This document shows, in pieces, positions 32,942 through 42,240 of a stretch of DNA of 43,204 nt. The translations under genes and the position numbers were made by a program. The stretch spans positions 1 to 43,204 of the forward strand of contig JAHFMT010000003.1 of assembly GCA_023267735.1 (NCBI GenBank). The letters are read 5' to 3'. Positions within the stretch are counted from its first letter, which is position 1, and every line of letters starts with the position of its first letter. The notes beneath the pieces were generated by a model, which worked only from the letters and a program-made list of their open reading frames with translations, made no database searches and had not been told where the DNA came from. The stretch is from Candidatus Kaiserbacteria bacterium (GTDB lineage: Bacteria > Patescibacteriota > Minisyncoccia > Phycocordibacterales > Phycocordibacteraceae).

Positions 32942-33493
32942 ATGCTTACACCGCCCCAGGCACTCGAAGCCCTCCTGTTCGCTGTCGGTGAGCCGCTTGC
33001 GAAGAAAGAAGCAGCTAAACTTCTTGATATTTCTGTAGAGGATCTTGCCCGTACGACAGAGGCACTCAGTGTGGCACTTGCGGAGCGCGGTCTCACACTG
33101 GTTACCACGGACACGCATCTTGAGTTGCGTACCACACCTGAGGCAGCGCCACTGGTAAAAAAGCTACGCGAAGGTGAGCTGTCACGTGATTTAGGAAAGG
33201 CAGGTCTTGAGACACTTGCGATTATTTTGTATCGCGGTGGTGCTACCCGTACAGACATTGATTGGTTGCGTGGCGTTAACTCATCACAAACATTACGTAC
33301 ACTTTTGTTGCGTGGACTTATTGAGCGCGTGGAAGATCCTACAGACAAGCGCAAGTTCCGCTACCGAGCTACCACCGAGGCGCTTGGGCACCTGGGTCTT
33401 TCTTCAGCCAAAGAACTTCCACAATTTGCAGAGCTTGCACAGGCCGCAGATGCTGCCGTGGAAGTGGCAGAGGGGGAGCATACCGAATCATGA
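32942..33493 (+). CDS. scpB: Segregation and condensation protein B
   Basis: LEALLFAVGEPL...LSRDLGKAGLETLAIILYRGGATRTDIDWLRGVNSSQTLRTLLLRGLIE are the ScpB winged-helix repeats. Confidence 0.88.
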   Translation: MLTPPQALEALLFAVGEPLAKKEAAKLLDISVEDLARTTEALSVALAERGLTLVTTDTHLELRTTPEAAPLVKKLREGELSRDLGKAGLETLAIILYRGGATRTDIDWLRGVNSSQTLRTLLLRGLIERVEDPTDKRKFRYRATTEALGHLGLSSAKELPQFAELAQAADAAVEVAEGEHTES

Positions 33494-34446
33494 ACCTTGA
33501 TGAACTGAAACAGTTGGCTGAGGCAAATCGTACCCGCATTCAGATAGCGACGGCGCTGGTGATTGCGGTGTTGGCGCTTGGCACTATCACGGTTGCGGGC
33601 TTCGTAGGGAAGGCGGTCATTGCGCGAGAGAGTGACAAAGAACCAGCCGCTGCGGCTGGAGCAGTTCCTGCAACACCTTTTCCAAAAGTTTCTATTGAAG
33701 GGAAGGCGGCTGCGGTGTATGACCTACAGACACACACGCTGCTCTATGGTCTCTACGAAGAGACGCCCTTGCCACTGGCATCCATAACAAAACTGCTTAC
33801 GGTGCATGCAGCACTTGAAGCACTTCCCCTTGATACAACACTTGCCGCTACTGATGCTGATCCGGCAATGTCACTCGGTGATACCTTTACCGTCGCAGAT
33901 CTTATCCGTCTTGCACTCGTAGCTTCATCAAATGCTGCCGCAAATACATTGGGAGATGCAGTGACACTCGCACGTGCTGAGAAGCCTTCTGCATTTGTTG
34001 CCGGTGTTGCAAGTGCGGTAGGTCTTTCACAAACCAGTGCAACAAATCCAACAGGGCTTGATGAGAGCGTGTCGCAGGCAGGAGGCTACGGTTCAGCACT
34101 TGATGCGGCACTGTTGGCGGGTGCACTGCTTGAAAAGGCGCCAGCACTCGTATCCATTACTACAGAACCCGTAGTGACGGTTGCCTCAACGGATGGACGG
34201 TTACATACACGGCCTAACACCAATACGGCTATAGCGCGTATCCCTGGGCTCCTGTTCTCCAAAACAGGGTATACCGATTTGGCAGGTGGCAATTTGGTAG
34301 TAGTGTTTGATGCAGGTATCAACCACCGCATTGCCGTAGCGGTACTTGGCTCTACTGAGACTGGTCGCTTTACTGATGTAGAGCAGCTTATCAACGCAAC
34401 GCGTACCTATCTCGGGGAATATTATTCATCACAACCTTCCGTATGA
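33490..34446 (+). CDS. D-alanyl-D-alanine carboxypeptidase (serine-type, PBP5-like) with N-terminal anchor
   Basis: SxxK (SITK), SxN (SSN) and KTG (KTGYT) motifs are present in the correct order. Confidence 0.85.
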   Translation: MNLDELKQLAEANRTRIQIATALVIAVLALGTITVAGFVGKAVIARESDKEPAAAAGAVPATPFPKVSIEGKAAAVYDLQTHTLLYGLYEETPLPLASITKLLTVHAALEALPLDTTLAATDADPAMSLGDTFTVADLIRLALVASSNAAANTLGDAVTLARAEKPSAFVAGVASAVGLSQTSATNPTGLDESVSQAGGYGSALDAALLAGALLEKAPALVSITTEPVVTVASTDGRLHTRPNTNTAIARIPGLLFSKTGYTDLAGGNLVVVFDAGINHRIAVAVLGSTETGRFTDVEQLINATRTYLGEYYSSQPSV

Positions 34447-35507
34447 TTGCTGACGCTGCACGAGTGCTGATTCCTTCGGTTACTGCGTTTATGATTGGTA
34501 TTGCACTTGCGCCCGTCCTTACACACTATCTCTACAAGTTCCGTGTATGGAAGAAGCGTGGTGGAAAGGGGAATGGTCTTGGTGACGCAAGTGGCACTCC
34601 AATCTTTGATTCACTGCATGCAGAACGCGAAACCCGTACGCCTCGCATGGGCGGCATCCTCATCTGGAGCTCAGTACTGGTTACTGCGGGGGTTATCGGA
34701 CTTCTTTCCGTATTCGCTGGTTCTTTCTATGCAGAACTTAATTTTGTAAACAGAAGTCAGACATGGCTGCCGTTTGCTGCACTCGTGTTCGGTGCACTCA
34801 TAGGTCTTATTAACGACATTCTTGATGTGGTTACTCCTGATGCACGGGGTCTGTCTCTTCGGGTACGACTTGGTGTTATCACGGTAGCGGCTACCGGTGC
34901 TGCCTGGTGGTTCTATGCAAAGCTCGGTGTCTCTGCGGTTGGGGTGCCATTCTCTGAGCCGTTGCACCTAGGGCTCTGGTTCATCCCATTCTTTGTACTC
35001 GTGGTACTCGCACTCTATGCCAGTGGCATTATTGATGGCATTGATGGTCTTTCTGGTGGTGTGTTCTCAATCATTTTCATGACCTATGCGGGTATCGCGT
35101 TTGTGCAGCATCAAGTGTCGCTTGCTGCGTTTGCCGCAACGGTTGCAGGTGCAACGCTCGCATTTCTTTGGTTCAACATTCCGCCGGCACGTTTTTGGAT
35201 GACAGAAACAGGCTCCATGGCCCTTACCCTTGCACTGGCTATTACCGCGTTCTCAGCAGATGTCCTTGGGGATGGTGTGGGTGTTGCGGTACTACCTATT
35301 ATTGCGTTTCCTCTGTTGGCAACGGTGGTGACAACACTCATGCAGGTGTTCTCAAAGAAAGTGCTTAAACGAAAGATCTTTCGTGTTGCACCTATTCATC
35401 ACCACTTTGAGGCTATTGGATGGCCCGCAACCAAGGTGGTTATGCGCTACTGGGTGATTACTCTCATTGCAGGTGTACTCGGTCTTGCGGTGGCGTTGGT
35501 GGCCTAG
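34443..35507 (+). CDS. mraY: Phospho-N-acetylmuramoyl-pentapeptide transferase
   Basis: TPRMGGI, NDILDV, DGIDGLSGG and APIHHHFE motifs are present, and the protein is polytopic. Confidence 0.95.
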   Translation: MIADAARVLIPSVTAFMIGIALAPVLTHYLYKFRVWKKRGGKGNGLGDASGTPIFDSLHAERETRTPRMGGILIWSSVLVTAGVIGLLSVFAGSFYAELNFVNRSQTWLPFAALVFGALIGLINDILDVVTPDARGLSLRVRLGVITVAATGAAWWFYAKLGVSAVGVPFSEPLHLGLWFIPFFVLVVLALYASGIIDGIDGLSGGVFSIIFMTYAGIAFVQHQVSLAAFAATVAGATLAFLWFNIPPARFWMTETGSMALTLALAITAFSADVLGDGVGVAVLPIIAFPLLATVVTTLMQVFSKKVLKRKIFRVAPIHHHFEAIGWPATKVVMRYWVITLIAGVLGLAVALVA

Positions 35508-35510
35508 CAT

Positions 35511-36620
35511 ATGTTGCGGGGTCGCATAAATGTACTGGGGGACAAGCCGTTCGCACTCATTGTCTTTATCTTGCTGGCGTTTGGTGTGGCGCTCTTTTTC
35601 TCTGCAGCACTCGGGCTATTGGCACGTGAAGGTTCTTCACTTTCTCACATTGTACTTACGCAGGTAGGACTCGGGGTGATTCCAGGATTGGTGGCACTGG
35701 TGGCATTACGCTTCGTGCCGCCCCAGAAGCTGCTTCGTGCCGCGCTGCCTGCCTACCTGATTGCCATGGCGTTTACGGCACTCGTGTTTATTCCTGGTCT
35801 TGGCCTTACGGCGAATAACGCAACACGTTGGCTTGATCTTGGGGTTATCAGTATTCAGCCAGGGGAGTTTCTTAAGCTCGCCACTATTGTGCTCTTTGCG
35901 GCGTATCTCTCGCAGATGCGCACGAAGTTGCACGACATACGCATTGGGCTTGGTGGATTCTTTGGTATCCTTGCGGGTCCCGCACTCATCTTCCTCAAGA
36001 TGCCAAACACTTCCAGTGTGATAATCATTGCGGCAACCGCCTTTGTTCTTTATTTTGTTGCAGGTGCGCCCTGGCGTGACTTTCTTATTATTGCTCTGGT
36101 AGGTGTGGCGCTTGCCGCAGTGTTGGTATACCAGCGTCCGTATCTCATGGAGCGTGTGCGTACCTTCGTTGATCCTTCGCGTGATTCTCAGGCGAGTGGC
36201 TATCAAATACAGCAGTCACTTATTGCTATAGGTTCGGGCGGTATCTTGGGACGTGGATTTGGTCAGAGCGTGCAGAAGTTTAACTATCTGCCTGAGCCAG
36301 TGGGTGACTCTATCTTTGCCGTCACTGGAGAGGAGCTTGGCTTCCTTGGTGCAACCATTCTCATTCTTTTATTTGTTGCCTTTGCGCTCCGTGGATTTGC
36401 TATTGCCGCGAGCGCAGCGACTTCATTCGGGTCGCTTCTCGTCACCGGCCTCACGCTGCTCATTGTCTTAGCAGCATTTCTTAATATTGGTGCAATGCTT
36501 GGGGTCGCCCCGTTAACAGGGGTGCCGCTCCCGTTTGTCTCCCATGGTGGCACTGCTATGTTTGCTGCGCTTGCGGCCGTGGGGCTTATTTTGAACGTTG
36601 CAGCGCATAGAAAAGCATAG
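35511..36620 (+). CDS. ftsW: SEDS-family peptidoglycan glycosyltransferase FtsW/RodA
   Basis: QPGEFLKLATIVLFAAYL and QSLIAIGSGGILGRGFGQSVQKFNYLPEPVGDSIFAVTGEELGFLG are present. Confidence 0.9.
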   Translation: MLRGRINVLGDKPFALIVFILLAFGVALFFSAALGLLAREGSSLSHIVLTQVGLGVIPGLVALVALRFVPPQKLLRAALPAYLIAMAFTALVFIPGLGLTANNATRWLDLGVISIQPGEFLKLATIVLFAAYLSQMRTKLHDIRIGLGGFFGILAGPALIFLKMPNTSSVIIIAATAFVLYFVAGAPWRDFLIIALVGVALAAVLVYQRPYLMERVRTFVDPSRDSQASGYQIQQSLIAIGSGGILGRGFGQSVQKFNYLPEPVGDSIFAVTGEELGFLGATILILLFVAFALRGFAIAASAATSFGSLLVTGLTLLIVLAAFLNIGAMLGVAPLTGVPLPFVSHGGTAMFAALAAVGLILNVAAHRKA

Positions 36621-36653
36621 GCAGTAAGGGTTTTGCGGGGTATACTCATCCCT

Positions 36654-37793
36654 ATGAAGATTGCGTTTACGGGTGGGGGAACAGGCGGGCATTTCTATCC
36701 AATTATTGCCATTGCTGAGGCAGTGCATGACGCAGTGCGTGAGAAGCATCTTCTCGAACCGCAGCTCTATTATTTTGCCCCAGAGCCGTTTGATGCCGAG
36801 GCACTGTTTGAGAACCGCATCTCGTATGTACGTGTTCCCGCAGGGAAGTGGCGTCGGTATGTATCGTTGTTAAACATCACCGACATCTTTGTGTCACTCA
36901 GTGGGTGCTTTATCGCGCTGTTGCGTCTCTTTATGCTCTATCCAGACGTCATCATCTCAAAGGGTGGGTTTGGGAGCGTACCGACGGTGCTTGCGGCACG
37001 CGTGCTTGGTATACCAATTATCATTCACGAATCAGATGCAAAGCCAGGACGTGCGAACTTGCTTGCGGCGAAGTTCGCAACACGCATTGCGGTTTCTTTT
37101 GAGAGTGCCATACCGTATTTCGGTGAGAAGGCGCGTAGCAAAGCAACAAAGACAGGTGCACCGATACGTCGTGAACTCATGCAGCTTGAAACTGAAGGCG
37201 CCCGTCAGGAGCTTGGGCTTGATCCAGCGGCACCAACCGTATTAGTGCTCGGTGGTTCCCTTGGTTCTCTTGCGGTGAATGAAGCAATACTCTCGGTGCT
37301 CCCTGAGTTGGTGGCAGTGGCGAATATTATTCACCAGACCGGCAAACCACATATCCATGAAGTGGAGGGACGTGCTGCTATTGCGCTTCGTGATAACCCG
37401 CTCTCACTTCGCTACCATCCATTTGCATACTTGAACGCACTTGCGATGCGTCGTGCTGCCGGAACGGCAGATTTAATAATCTCTCGTGCAGGCGCTGGCG
37501 CTATTGCAGAAATTGCAGCATGGAAGCGTCCCGCCATTCTCGTTCCTATCCCAGAAAGCATCAGTCATGACCAGCGCATGAATGCGTATGCGTATGCACA
37601 CACAGGTGCTGCGGTGGTTATTGAAGAGGCGAATATGACCCCGCATGTTATTGCGTCTGAAATTAAGCGCTTGCTTGCGGATGCGACATTGCGCGCACAG
37701 ATGGCGGAGAAGGGCGCTGTGTTTGCCTCCCCAGAGGCCGCCCGTCTTATCGCGGATGAAGCTATTGCGATTGGGCTCTCACACGAAAAATAG
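36654..37793 (+). CDS. murG: Lipid II synthase MurG (undecaprenyl-PP-MurNAc-pentapeptide GlcNAc transferase)
   Basis: MKIAFTGGGTGGHFYPIIAIAE and a GT28 C-terminal domain (ISRAGAGAIAEIAAWKRPAILVP). ATG 36654 has a TATACT box ending 7 nt upstream. Confidence 0.92.
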   Translation: MKIAFTGGGTGGHFYPIIAIAEAVHDAVREKHLLEPQLYYFAPEPFDAEALFENRISYVRVPAGKWRRYVSLLNITDIFVSLSGCFIALLRLFMLYPDVIISKGGFGSVPTVLAARVLGIPIIIHESDAKPGRANLLAAKFATRIAVSFESAIPYFGEKARSKATKTGAPIRRELMQLETEGARQELGLDPAAPTVLVLGGSLGSLAVNEAILSVLPELVAVANIIHQTGKPHIHEVEGRAAIALRDNPLSLRYHPFAYLNALAMRRAAGTADLIISRAGAGAIAEIAAWKRPAILVPIPESISHDQRMNAYAYAHTGAAVVIEEANMTPHVIASEIKRLLADATLRAQMAEKGAVFASPEAARLIADEAIAIGLSHEK

Positions 37794-37794
37794 T

Positions 37795-39207
37795 ATGACG
37801 AAGGTTGTTACCCGTTTCGCTCCCTCACCAACTGGCTTTATGCATGTGGGTGGTGCACGTACCGCACTCTATGCGTGGCTGTATGCAAAAAAGCATGGCG
37901 GTACCTTTATCTTGCGTATTGAAGATACAGACAAGGAGCGAGAGGTGGAAGGATCTATTCCACACATCATGGAGTCGCTCTCTTGGCTTGGGCTTACTTG
38001 GAACGAGGGACCAGACGTAGGTGGTGCACATGCACCGTATATCCAATCTGAACGTCTCGCACTCTACAAAACGTATGCAGAGAAGCTTATCGCTGCCGGA
38101 CATGCGTATCCTGATCCGTATACCTCTGAGGAGGTAGAGGTGTTTAGAAAGAGTGCCGAAGTGGAGAAGCGCCCGTTCCTGTTTCGTAACCACCGTCCTG
38201 AGACGGTAGCGGTGTGGGATGGTACCAAGCCGCTACGCTTTAAGGTCCCTACTATTAAGCGCTACGTATGGCAGGATGCGGTGCGTGGTGAACTTTCTGC
38301 AGGTGAGGAGGCGCTTGATGACTTTATCTTGATAAAGAGTGACGGGTATCCAACGTATAACTTTGCGCACGTGGTTGATGACATAGAGATGGGTGTGACG
38401 CATGTGATGCGTGGTGAAGAGTTCATCTCATCCACCCCAAAGTTCCTTGCACTCCATGAGGCGCTTGGAGTAACGCCGCCCGTGTTTGCAACGCTGCCGC
38501 CAATCCTTGGGGAGGGTGGGCACAAGAAGCTCAGCAAGCGTGATGGTGCAAAAGATCTCCTTGATTACCGTGCTGACGGGTATCTGCCTCAGGCGTTAAT
38601 GAACTTCCTTGCACTCCTTGGGTGGCACCCTACCGGTACTGAAGAATTCTTTGCTGCAGATGCACTTGCGGATGCGTTTGAGCTTGAGCGTGTGCAAAAA
38701 TCTGGTGCCATGTTTGATGATGAAAAGCTGTTGCATATTAATCAGCACTGGATGCGCACGCTTTCAGATAGCGATTTTGTGTCGCACATGGATACGGCAG
38801 GGAAGGACGAGGCAGTAGTGTTGCACGCAGTATCCCTTTTGAAGGATCGCGCGAAAACATTTGTTGAAGCGAACGCAATGCTCTCTGGAGAACTCGCCTG
38901 TCTTTTTGCTGCATCCGTACTCACGAAAGAATTGTTGGTTGCCAAAGAGTCTGCGGATGTAACTGCAGAGTACCTTTCTCAGGTGTTGGACATTATTCGT
39001 CCGCTCGTGGCACCCTCTGCAGAAGAGGTGAAGGCAGTCGTCATGCCATACGCAGATGATAAGGGACGTGCTGCGGTACTTTGGCCATTGCGCTATGCGC
39101 TTTCAGGACAGGAACGCTCTCCCGATCCATTTACGCTCATTGCTATACTCGGTGTTGCAGAATCGGTGGCACGCATTGAGACCGCACTTGGTATACTGCA
39201 TAAATGA
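37795..39207 (+). CDS. gltX: Glutamyl-tRNA synthetase
   Basis: MTKVVTRFAPSPTGFMHVGGARTALY carries the HIGH-type motif, LRIEDTD is present, and KLSKRDG is the KMSKS-type motif. The ORF-track upstream extension overlaps murG and was rejected. Confidence 0.95.
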   Translation: MTKVVTRFAPSPTGFMHVGGARTALYAWLYAKKHGGTFILRIEDTDKEREVEGSIPHIMESLSWLGLTWNEGPDVGGAHAPYIQSERLALYKTYAEKLIAAGHAYPDPYTSEEVEVFRKSAEVEKRPFLFRNHRPETVAVWDGTKPLRFKVPTIKRYVWQDAVRGELSAGEEALDDFILIKSDGYPTYNFAHVVDDIEMGVTHVMRGEEFISSTPKFLALHEALGVTPPVFATLPPILGEGGHKKLSKRDGAKDLLDYRADGYLPQALMNFLALLGWHPTGTEEFFAADALADAFELERVQKSGAMFDDEKLLHINQHWMRTLSDSDFVSHMDTAGKDEAVVLHAVSLLKDRAKTFVEANAMLSGELACLFAASVLTKELLVAKESADVTAEYLSQVLDIIRPLVAPSAEEVKAVVMPYADDKGRAAVLWPLRYALSGQERSPDPFTLIAILGVAESVARIETALGILHK

Positions 39208-40481
39208 TGCATTTGGGGTCTCGGTACATTGCGCTCCTTATACTCAGTGTCCTCATATGGCCCCAGGGCGCATATGCACAGACACCTGTAGAGAGTTTGC
39301 GTAGCCAGATACAGTCGCATAACGATCAGATCCAGCAGTTGGAGAAGGATATTGCTACGTATCAAAAGCAGATGCAGGCACTGGGCACTACTCGCTCTAC
39401 GCTTGAATCAACGCTTAAGACACTCGAGCTTTCGCGACAGAAGCTTTCTGCAGATCTCGCCATTACCCAGAACAAGATTGCCAGTGCAAACTTGCGCATC
39501 AAAGAACTTTCTTTGTCTATTGGAGACAAGGAAGAAATGATTGCGTCGCACCGCACCCTTATCGGTCGTTTTGTTCGTGACATTGCCAGTGAAGATAGCA
39601 CCTCACTCATAGAGCGCCTTGCCGCAACAGAACGTCTTGCAGATGTATGGGTGGCGGTAGATGAAACGGTGTCGGTAAAGCGTGCACTCAATACACATAT
39701 TGAAGAACTTGCCGCAGCAAAGGTGCAGCTCACTGATAATCGTGAAGAGGTGCAAAAGACAAAGGAACAGCTTGCTGCACTTGAGTCACAGCTTATCGTC
39801 GAGCGTCGCTCAGTTGATGCAAGCAAAGCGGCGCAGCAGGCACTGATTGCACAAACTAAAAACCAAGAAAGTGAGTATCAGAAACTGATTGCACAAAAGC
39901 AGGCAGAGAAAACTTCCTTTGAGGCAGCATTGTTCCAACTTGCTTCAGAACTCACGACGGCACTTGATCCCTCGCGTATTCCTTCAGCCGCAACTGGCAT
40001 CTTGCGCTGGCCACTAGATTCAGTGTTTATCACCCAAGAGTTCGGAAAGACCACCTCATCAGGACGGCTCTATGCATCCGGTACCCATGACGGTATTGAT
40101 CTTCGTGCTTCGGTAGGTACGCCGGTGCGTGCCGCCCTCTCAGGCACTATTCTTGAAGTGAATCATGGGGCAGTGCCTAACTGTCAGTACGGCAAATGGG
40201 TGCTGGTGAAGCATGCAAATGGACTCACTACCCTCTACGCGCACTTGTCAGAGATAGCGGTGCAGAAAGGGCAGGTGGTCACGACAGGGCAGGTGGTTGG
40301 GTTTGCGGGCAGTACGGGGTACGCAACAGGACCCCATCTCCACTTCACGGTATATGCTTCTGAAGGGCTCTCCTTCAAGCAGTACACCTGCAAGAGTGGT
40401 CCGGTGGTGACGGTGCCAATTGCGCCACCAACAGCCTATTTAAATCCACTCCTGTACCTCCCAGCATTCCGTCCGCTCTAG
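39204..40481 (+). CDS. M23-family peptidoglycan metalloendopeptidase with N-terminal coiled coil (EnvC-like)
   Basis: It has a signal peptide, about 230 aa of heptad-rich Q/E/L/K sequence, then GTHDGIDLRASVGTPV and GSTGYATGPHLHFTVY (the HxxxD and HxH zinc sites). ATGA overlap with gltX. Confidence 0.88.
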   Translation: MMHLGSRYIALLILSVLIWPQGAYAQTPVESLRSQIQSHNDQIQQLEKDIATYQKQMQALGTTRSTLESTLKTLELSRQKLSADLAITQNKIASANLRIKELSLSIGDKEEMIASHRTLIGRFVRDIASEDSTSLIERLAATERLADVWVAVDETVSVKRALNTHIEELAAAKVQLTDNREEVQKTKEQLAALESQLIVERRSVDASKAAQQALIAQTKNQESEYQKLIAQKQAEKTSFEAALFQLASELTTALDPSRIPSAATGILRWPLDSVFITQEFGKTTSSGRLYASGTHDGIDLRASVGTPVRAALSGTILEVNHGAVPNCQYGKWVLVKHANGLTTLYAHLSEIAVQKGQVVTTGQVVGFAGSTGYATGPHLHFTVYASEGLSFKQYTCKSGPVVTVPIAPPTAYLNPLLYLPAFRPL

Positions 40482-40549
40482 GAGCGGTTATGCACCAGGG
40501 TCTCCAGACCCCATGGTCGGGGTTGTATAAAGCGTTATACTACAGCCAT

Positions 40550-40738
40550 ATGATTAAATTGATTATCTGGATCATTATTGGCGTGCTCGCGCTCTCGTTC
40601 TTCGGTATCTCACTTCGTGGTCTCGTAGATGCTCCTACGACTCAGGAGAACGTCGGCTTTCTTAAGGAACTTGCCACCAGCGGCTGGATGATTGTGAATG
40701 ACTTTGTGATGGGTCTCGTGCACTTGGTACTTAAGTAA
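40550..40738 (+). CDS. Hypothetical small membrane protein
   Basis: 62 aa, MIKLIIWIIIGVLALSFFGISL.... A TATACT box ends 8 nt upstream of ATG 40550. The ORF-track start at 40490 is possible but less likely. Confidence 0.5.
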   Translation: MIKLIIWIIIGVLALSFFGISLRGLVDAPTTQENVGFLKELATSGWMIVNDFVMGLVHLVLK

Positions 40739-40766
40739 CCGCGACCCCTTTCTTGAAAAGAAAAAT

Positions 40767-40790
40767 ACCCGCTTTCGTGGCGGGTGTTTT
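40767..40790. terminator. Terminator ACCCGC-TTTCGTG-GCGGGT flanked by an A-run and GTTTTGG (bidirectional)
   Basis: Read directly. Confidence 0.65.
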
Positions 40791-40859
40791 GGTAAAAGAG
40801 AAAGCGCCGTACCCGAAGGTCGTGCGCTCGTTTGCTACCAAGAGAGCTAATTATTCCAA

Positions 40860-41084
40860 TCACGTTCTGCCGGTCTGTTTTCTGGAATCCCACGATAGCC
40901 ACGACTTCAGTCCTCCCAGGAATATTCCCAGGCCCAGTACCGTTATGAAGGTATAGCCCACGATTAAGGTTCTGTGAAATGCAACGGGCGTGTTAACTGG
41001 ATTTAACTCCAGGATTTCCAAAACCGCATGAGGACCAAAGATCACGAGCATGAGTCCTGCGACCGCGATAATGAGACGATACAT
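40860..41084 (-). CDS. Hypothetical two-TM small membrane protein (SD-led)
   Basis: 74 aa. AAGGAG lies 6 nt upstream of ATG 41084. There are two hydrophobic helices. Confidence 0.6.
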   Translation of the reverse strand: MYRLIIAVAGLMLVIFGPHAVLEILELNPVNTPVAFHRTLIVGYTFITVLGLGIFLGGLKSWLSWDSRKQTGRT

Positions 41085-41187
41085 GTCGACTCCTTTCGTT
41101 CAAAAAGAACTGAAAATTTAAGCACTCGTACCATACAATATATTTTTTATTTTGTAAATGTAGAGATAATATGATCCCCAGTAAATA

Positions 41188-41204
41188 GGGAAGTACGACT
41201 TCCC
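41188..41204. repeat. Hairpin GGGAAGT-ACG-ACTTCCC (left copy of a repeated hairpin)
   Basis: Read directly. It matches 41815-41831 at 15 of 17 positions, with both differences in the loop. Confidence 0.7.
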
Positions 41205-41814
41205 TGAAGCCAACTTATTTTTACCTGATTAATTACCCTCGTCCTTTATCTGATCCTTAATTAATTTATGTATAGATGATTACTGCACAAGAGTTAGATA
41301 AATCAATATTTCTCGCTCAAAAAGCACCTGTGGATAACGTTTCTCGGTCATCCGAGATAGGGAGTAGGGGAGAAGTGCTTTCCTTACCCTATAGCCCCTC
41401 TATACTCTCTCATAACCCCTACATACAGCGTCTGTGTGGGCATATAAGTATATATAGTAACGATTATGTATCTCGTTAATACGGTACATACGCGCAGGAG
41501 TGGTGAAGTACCCGACACAGATCCCCTCAAAGAATAGGTATCGGTAAATAACCTTGCATCCTATATTCTCTTCGCAAAAGGCATATTGTGCGAAGATTAT
41601 GTATCAAGCATTGTAAACATTGGATTAATTAAAATCGCTCTGCTCCCTATCATGGGTATACTCAATTTTTCCTAAACTTCTTTAGTGTCTGTGAAAATGT
41701 TTTTATACCTGCGTTTCTCTACCACCCCAAGGGTCTCTTGGTACTAATAATTTTTCCTTTGAAGAGACCTTTGTAGAACCTAAAACAACCTTTGTGAAAA
41801 CTGGGGAGGTTTCG

Positions 41815-41838
41815 GGGAAGTCGGACTTCCCTTTTTAT
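41815..41838 (+). terminator. Hairpin GGGAAGT-CGG-ACTTCCC plus TTTTTATT (right copy; plus-strand terminator)
   Basis: Read directly. Confidence 0.65.
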
Positions 41839-41847
41839 TAAATAAGA

Positions 41848-41869
41848 AAGCCACCCCGAAGGATGGCTT
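41848..41869 (-). terminator. Hairpin AAGCCACCC-CGAA-GGATGGCTT; on the minus strand it is followed by TCTTATTT. Terminator of the 41896-42108 gene
   Basis: Read directly. It lies 27 nt after the minus-strand stop. Confidence 0.65.
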
Positions 41870-41895
41870 CTATCTTGCTCTGAGATCCTTGAGAC

Positions 41896-42108
41896 CTAGA
41901 TGGTGTCCAACTCCCTTTGGAGTCCGAGTTCATCTTCGGACTCCAAGAGATTCAGAAAATGAGCTTTTTCGAAATTTCTGCCAGTGACCAGGCACCAAAG
42001 GTACAAGGCAAAAAGCACTGCCAACAAGAGGAAAAGTAGTCCAAGGCACTGGAAAAGAAACCAGAGGCCTCTGACCCAGTGTCCGATTCCCAGGAAAAAC
42101 TGTCGCAT
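41896..42108 (-). CDS. Hypothetical small membrane protein with acidic tail (SD-led)
   Basis: 70 aa. GGAGG lies 4 nt upstream of ATG 42108. It has a hydrophobic core, WFLFQCLGLLFLLLAVLFALYLWCLV, and its own terminator. Confidence 0.6.
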   Translation of the reverse strand: MRQFFLGIGHWVRGLWFLFQCLGLLFLLLAVLFALYLWCLVTGRNFEKAHFLNLLESEDELGLQRELDTI

Positions 42109-42150
42109 AGAGCCTCCGTGAGGATGAGCGAATGAAATCTCCCATGTGCA

Positions 42151-42179
42151 ATTTTGCTATAAAAACAAATATGTGTCAA
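42151..42179 (-). promoter_or_regulatory. Candidate promoter TTGACA-17nt-CAAAAT for the 42108 gene; the -35 lies inside palindrome ATGTGT-CAA-ACACAT (42171-42185)
   Basis: Read directly on the reverse complement. Confidence 0.4.
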
Positions 42180-42211
42180 ACACATTAGCGCATAGACAGA
42201 CATCGCTTTTG

Positions 42212-42240
42212 TTGTAGTAATTTATATACGGTGGTATAAC
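42212..42240 (+). promoter_or_regulatory. Candidate promoter TTGTAG-17nt-TATAAC for the 42276 gene
   Basis: Read directly. AGGAGG lies 6 nt upstream of ATG 42276. Confidence 0.45.

Noticed and set aside
37645-37794. 50-codon upstream extension of gltX
   Set aside because: It overlaps the murG 3' end in another frame. The conserved GluRS N-terminus starts at MTKVVTRFAPSPTG (ATG 37795).
40753-40956. 67-aa plus-strand ORF
   Set aside because: It starts inside the 40767-40790 terminator hairpin and overlaps the SD-led minus gene at 40860-41084.
41329-41337. Chromosomal oriC call based on a perfect DnaA box in the AT-rich region
   Set aside because: There is only one perfect box, and about 0.3 are expected by chance in this window. 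Other candidates have 3 or more mismatches. No dnaA or dnaN is nearby, and there is no obvious switch of gene orientation. It is kept only as one hypothesis within the AT-rich-region finding.
41276-41479. 67-aa plus-strand ORF in the AT-rich region
   Set aside because: It has no SD and no -10 box at leaderless distance. Its composition and codon usage are unlike either gene class. It is probably a chance ORF.
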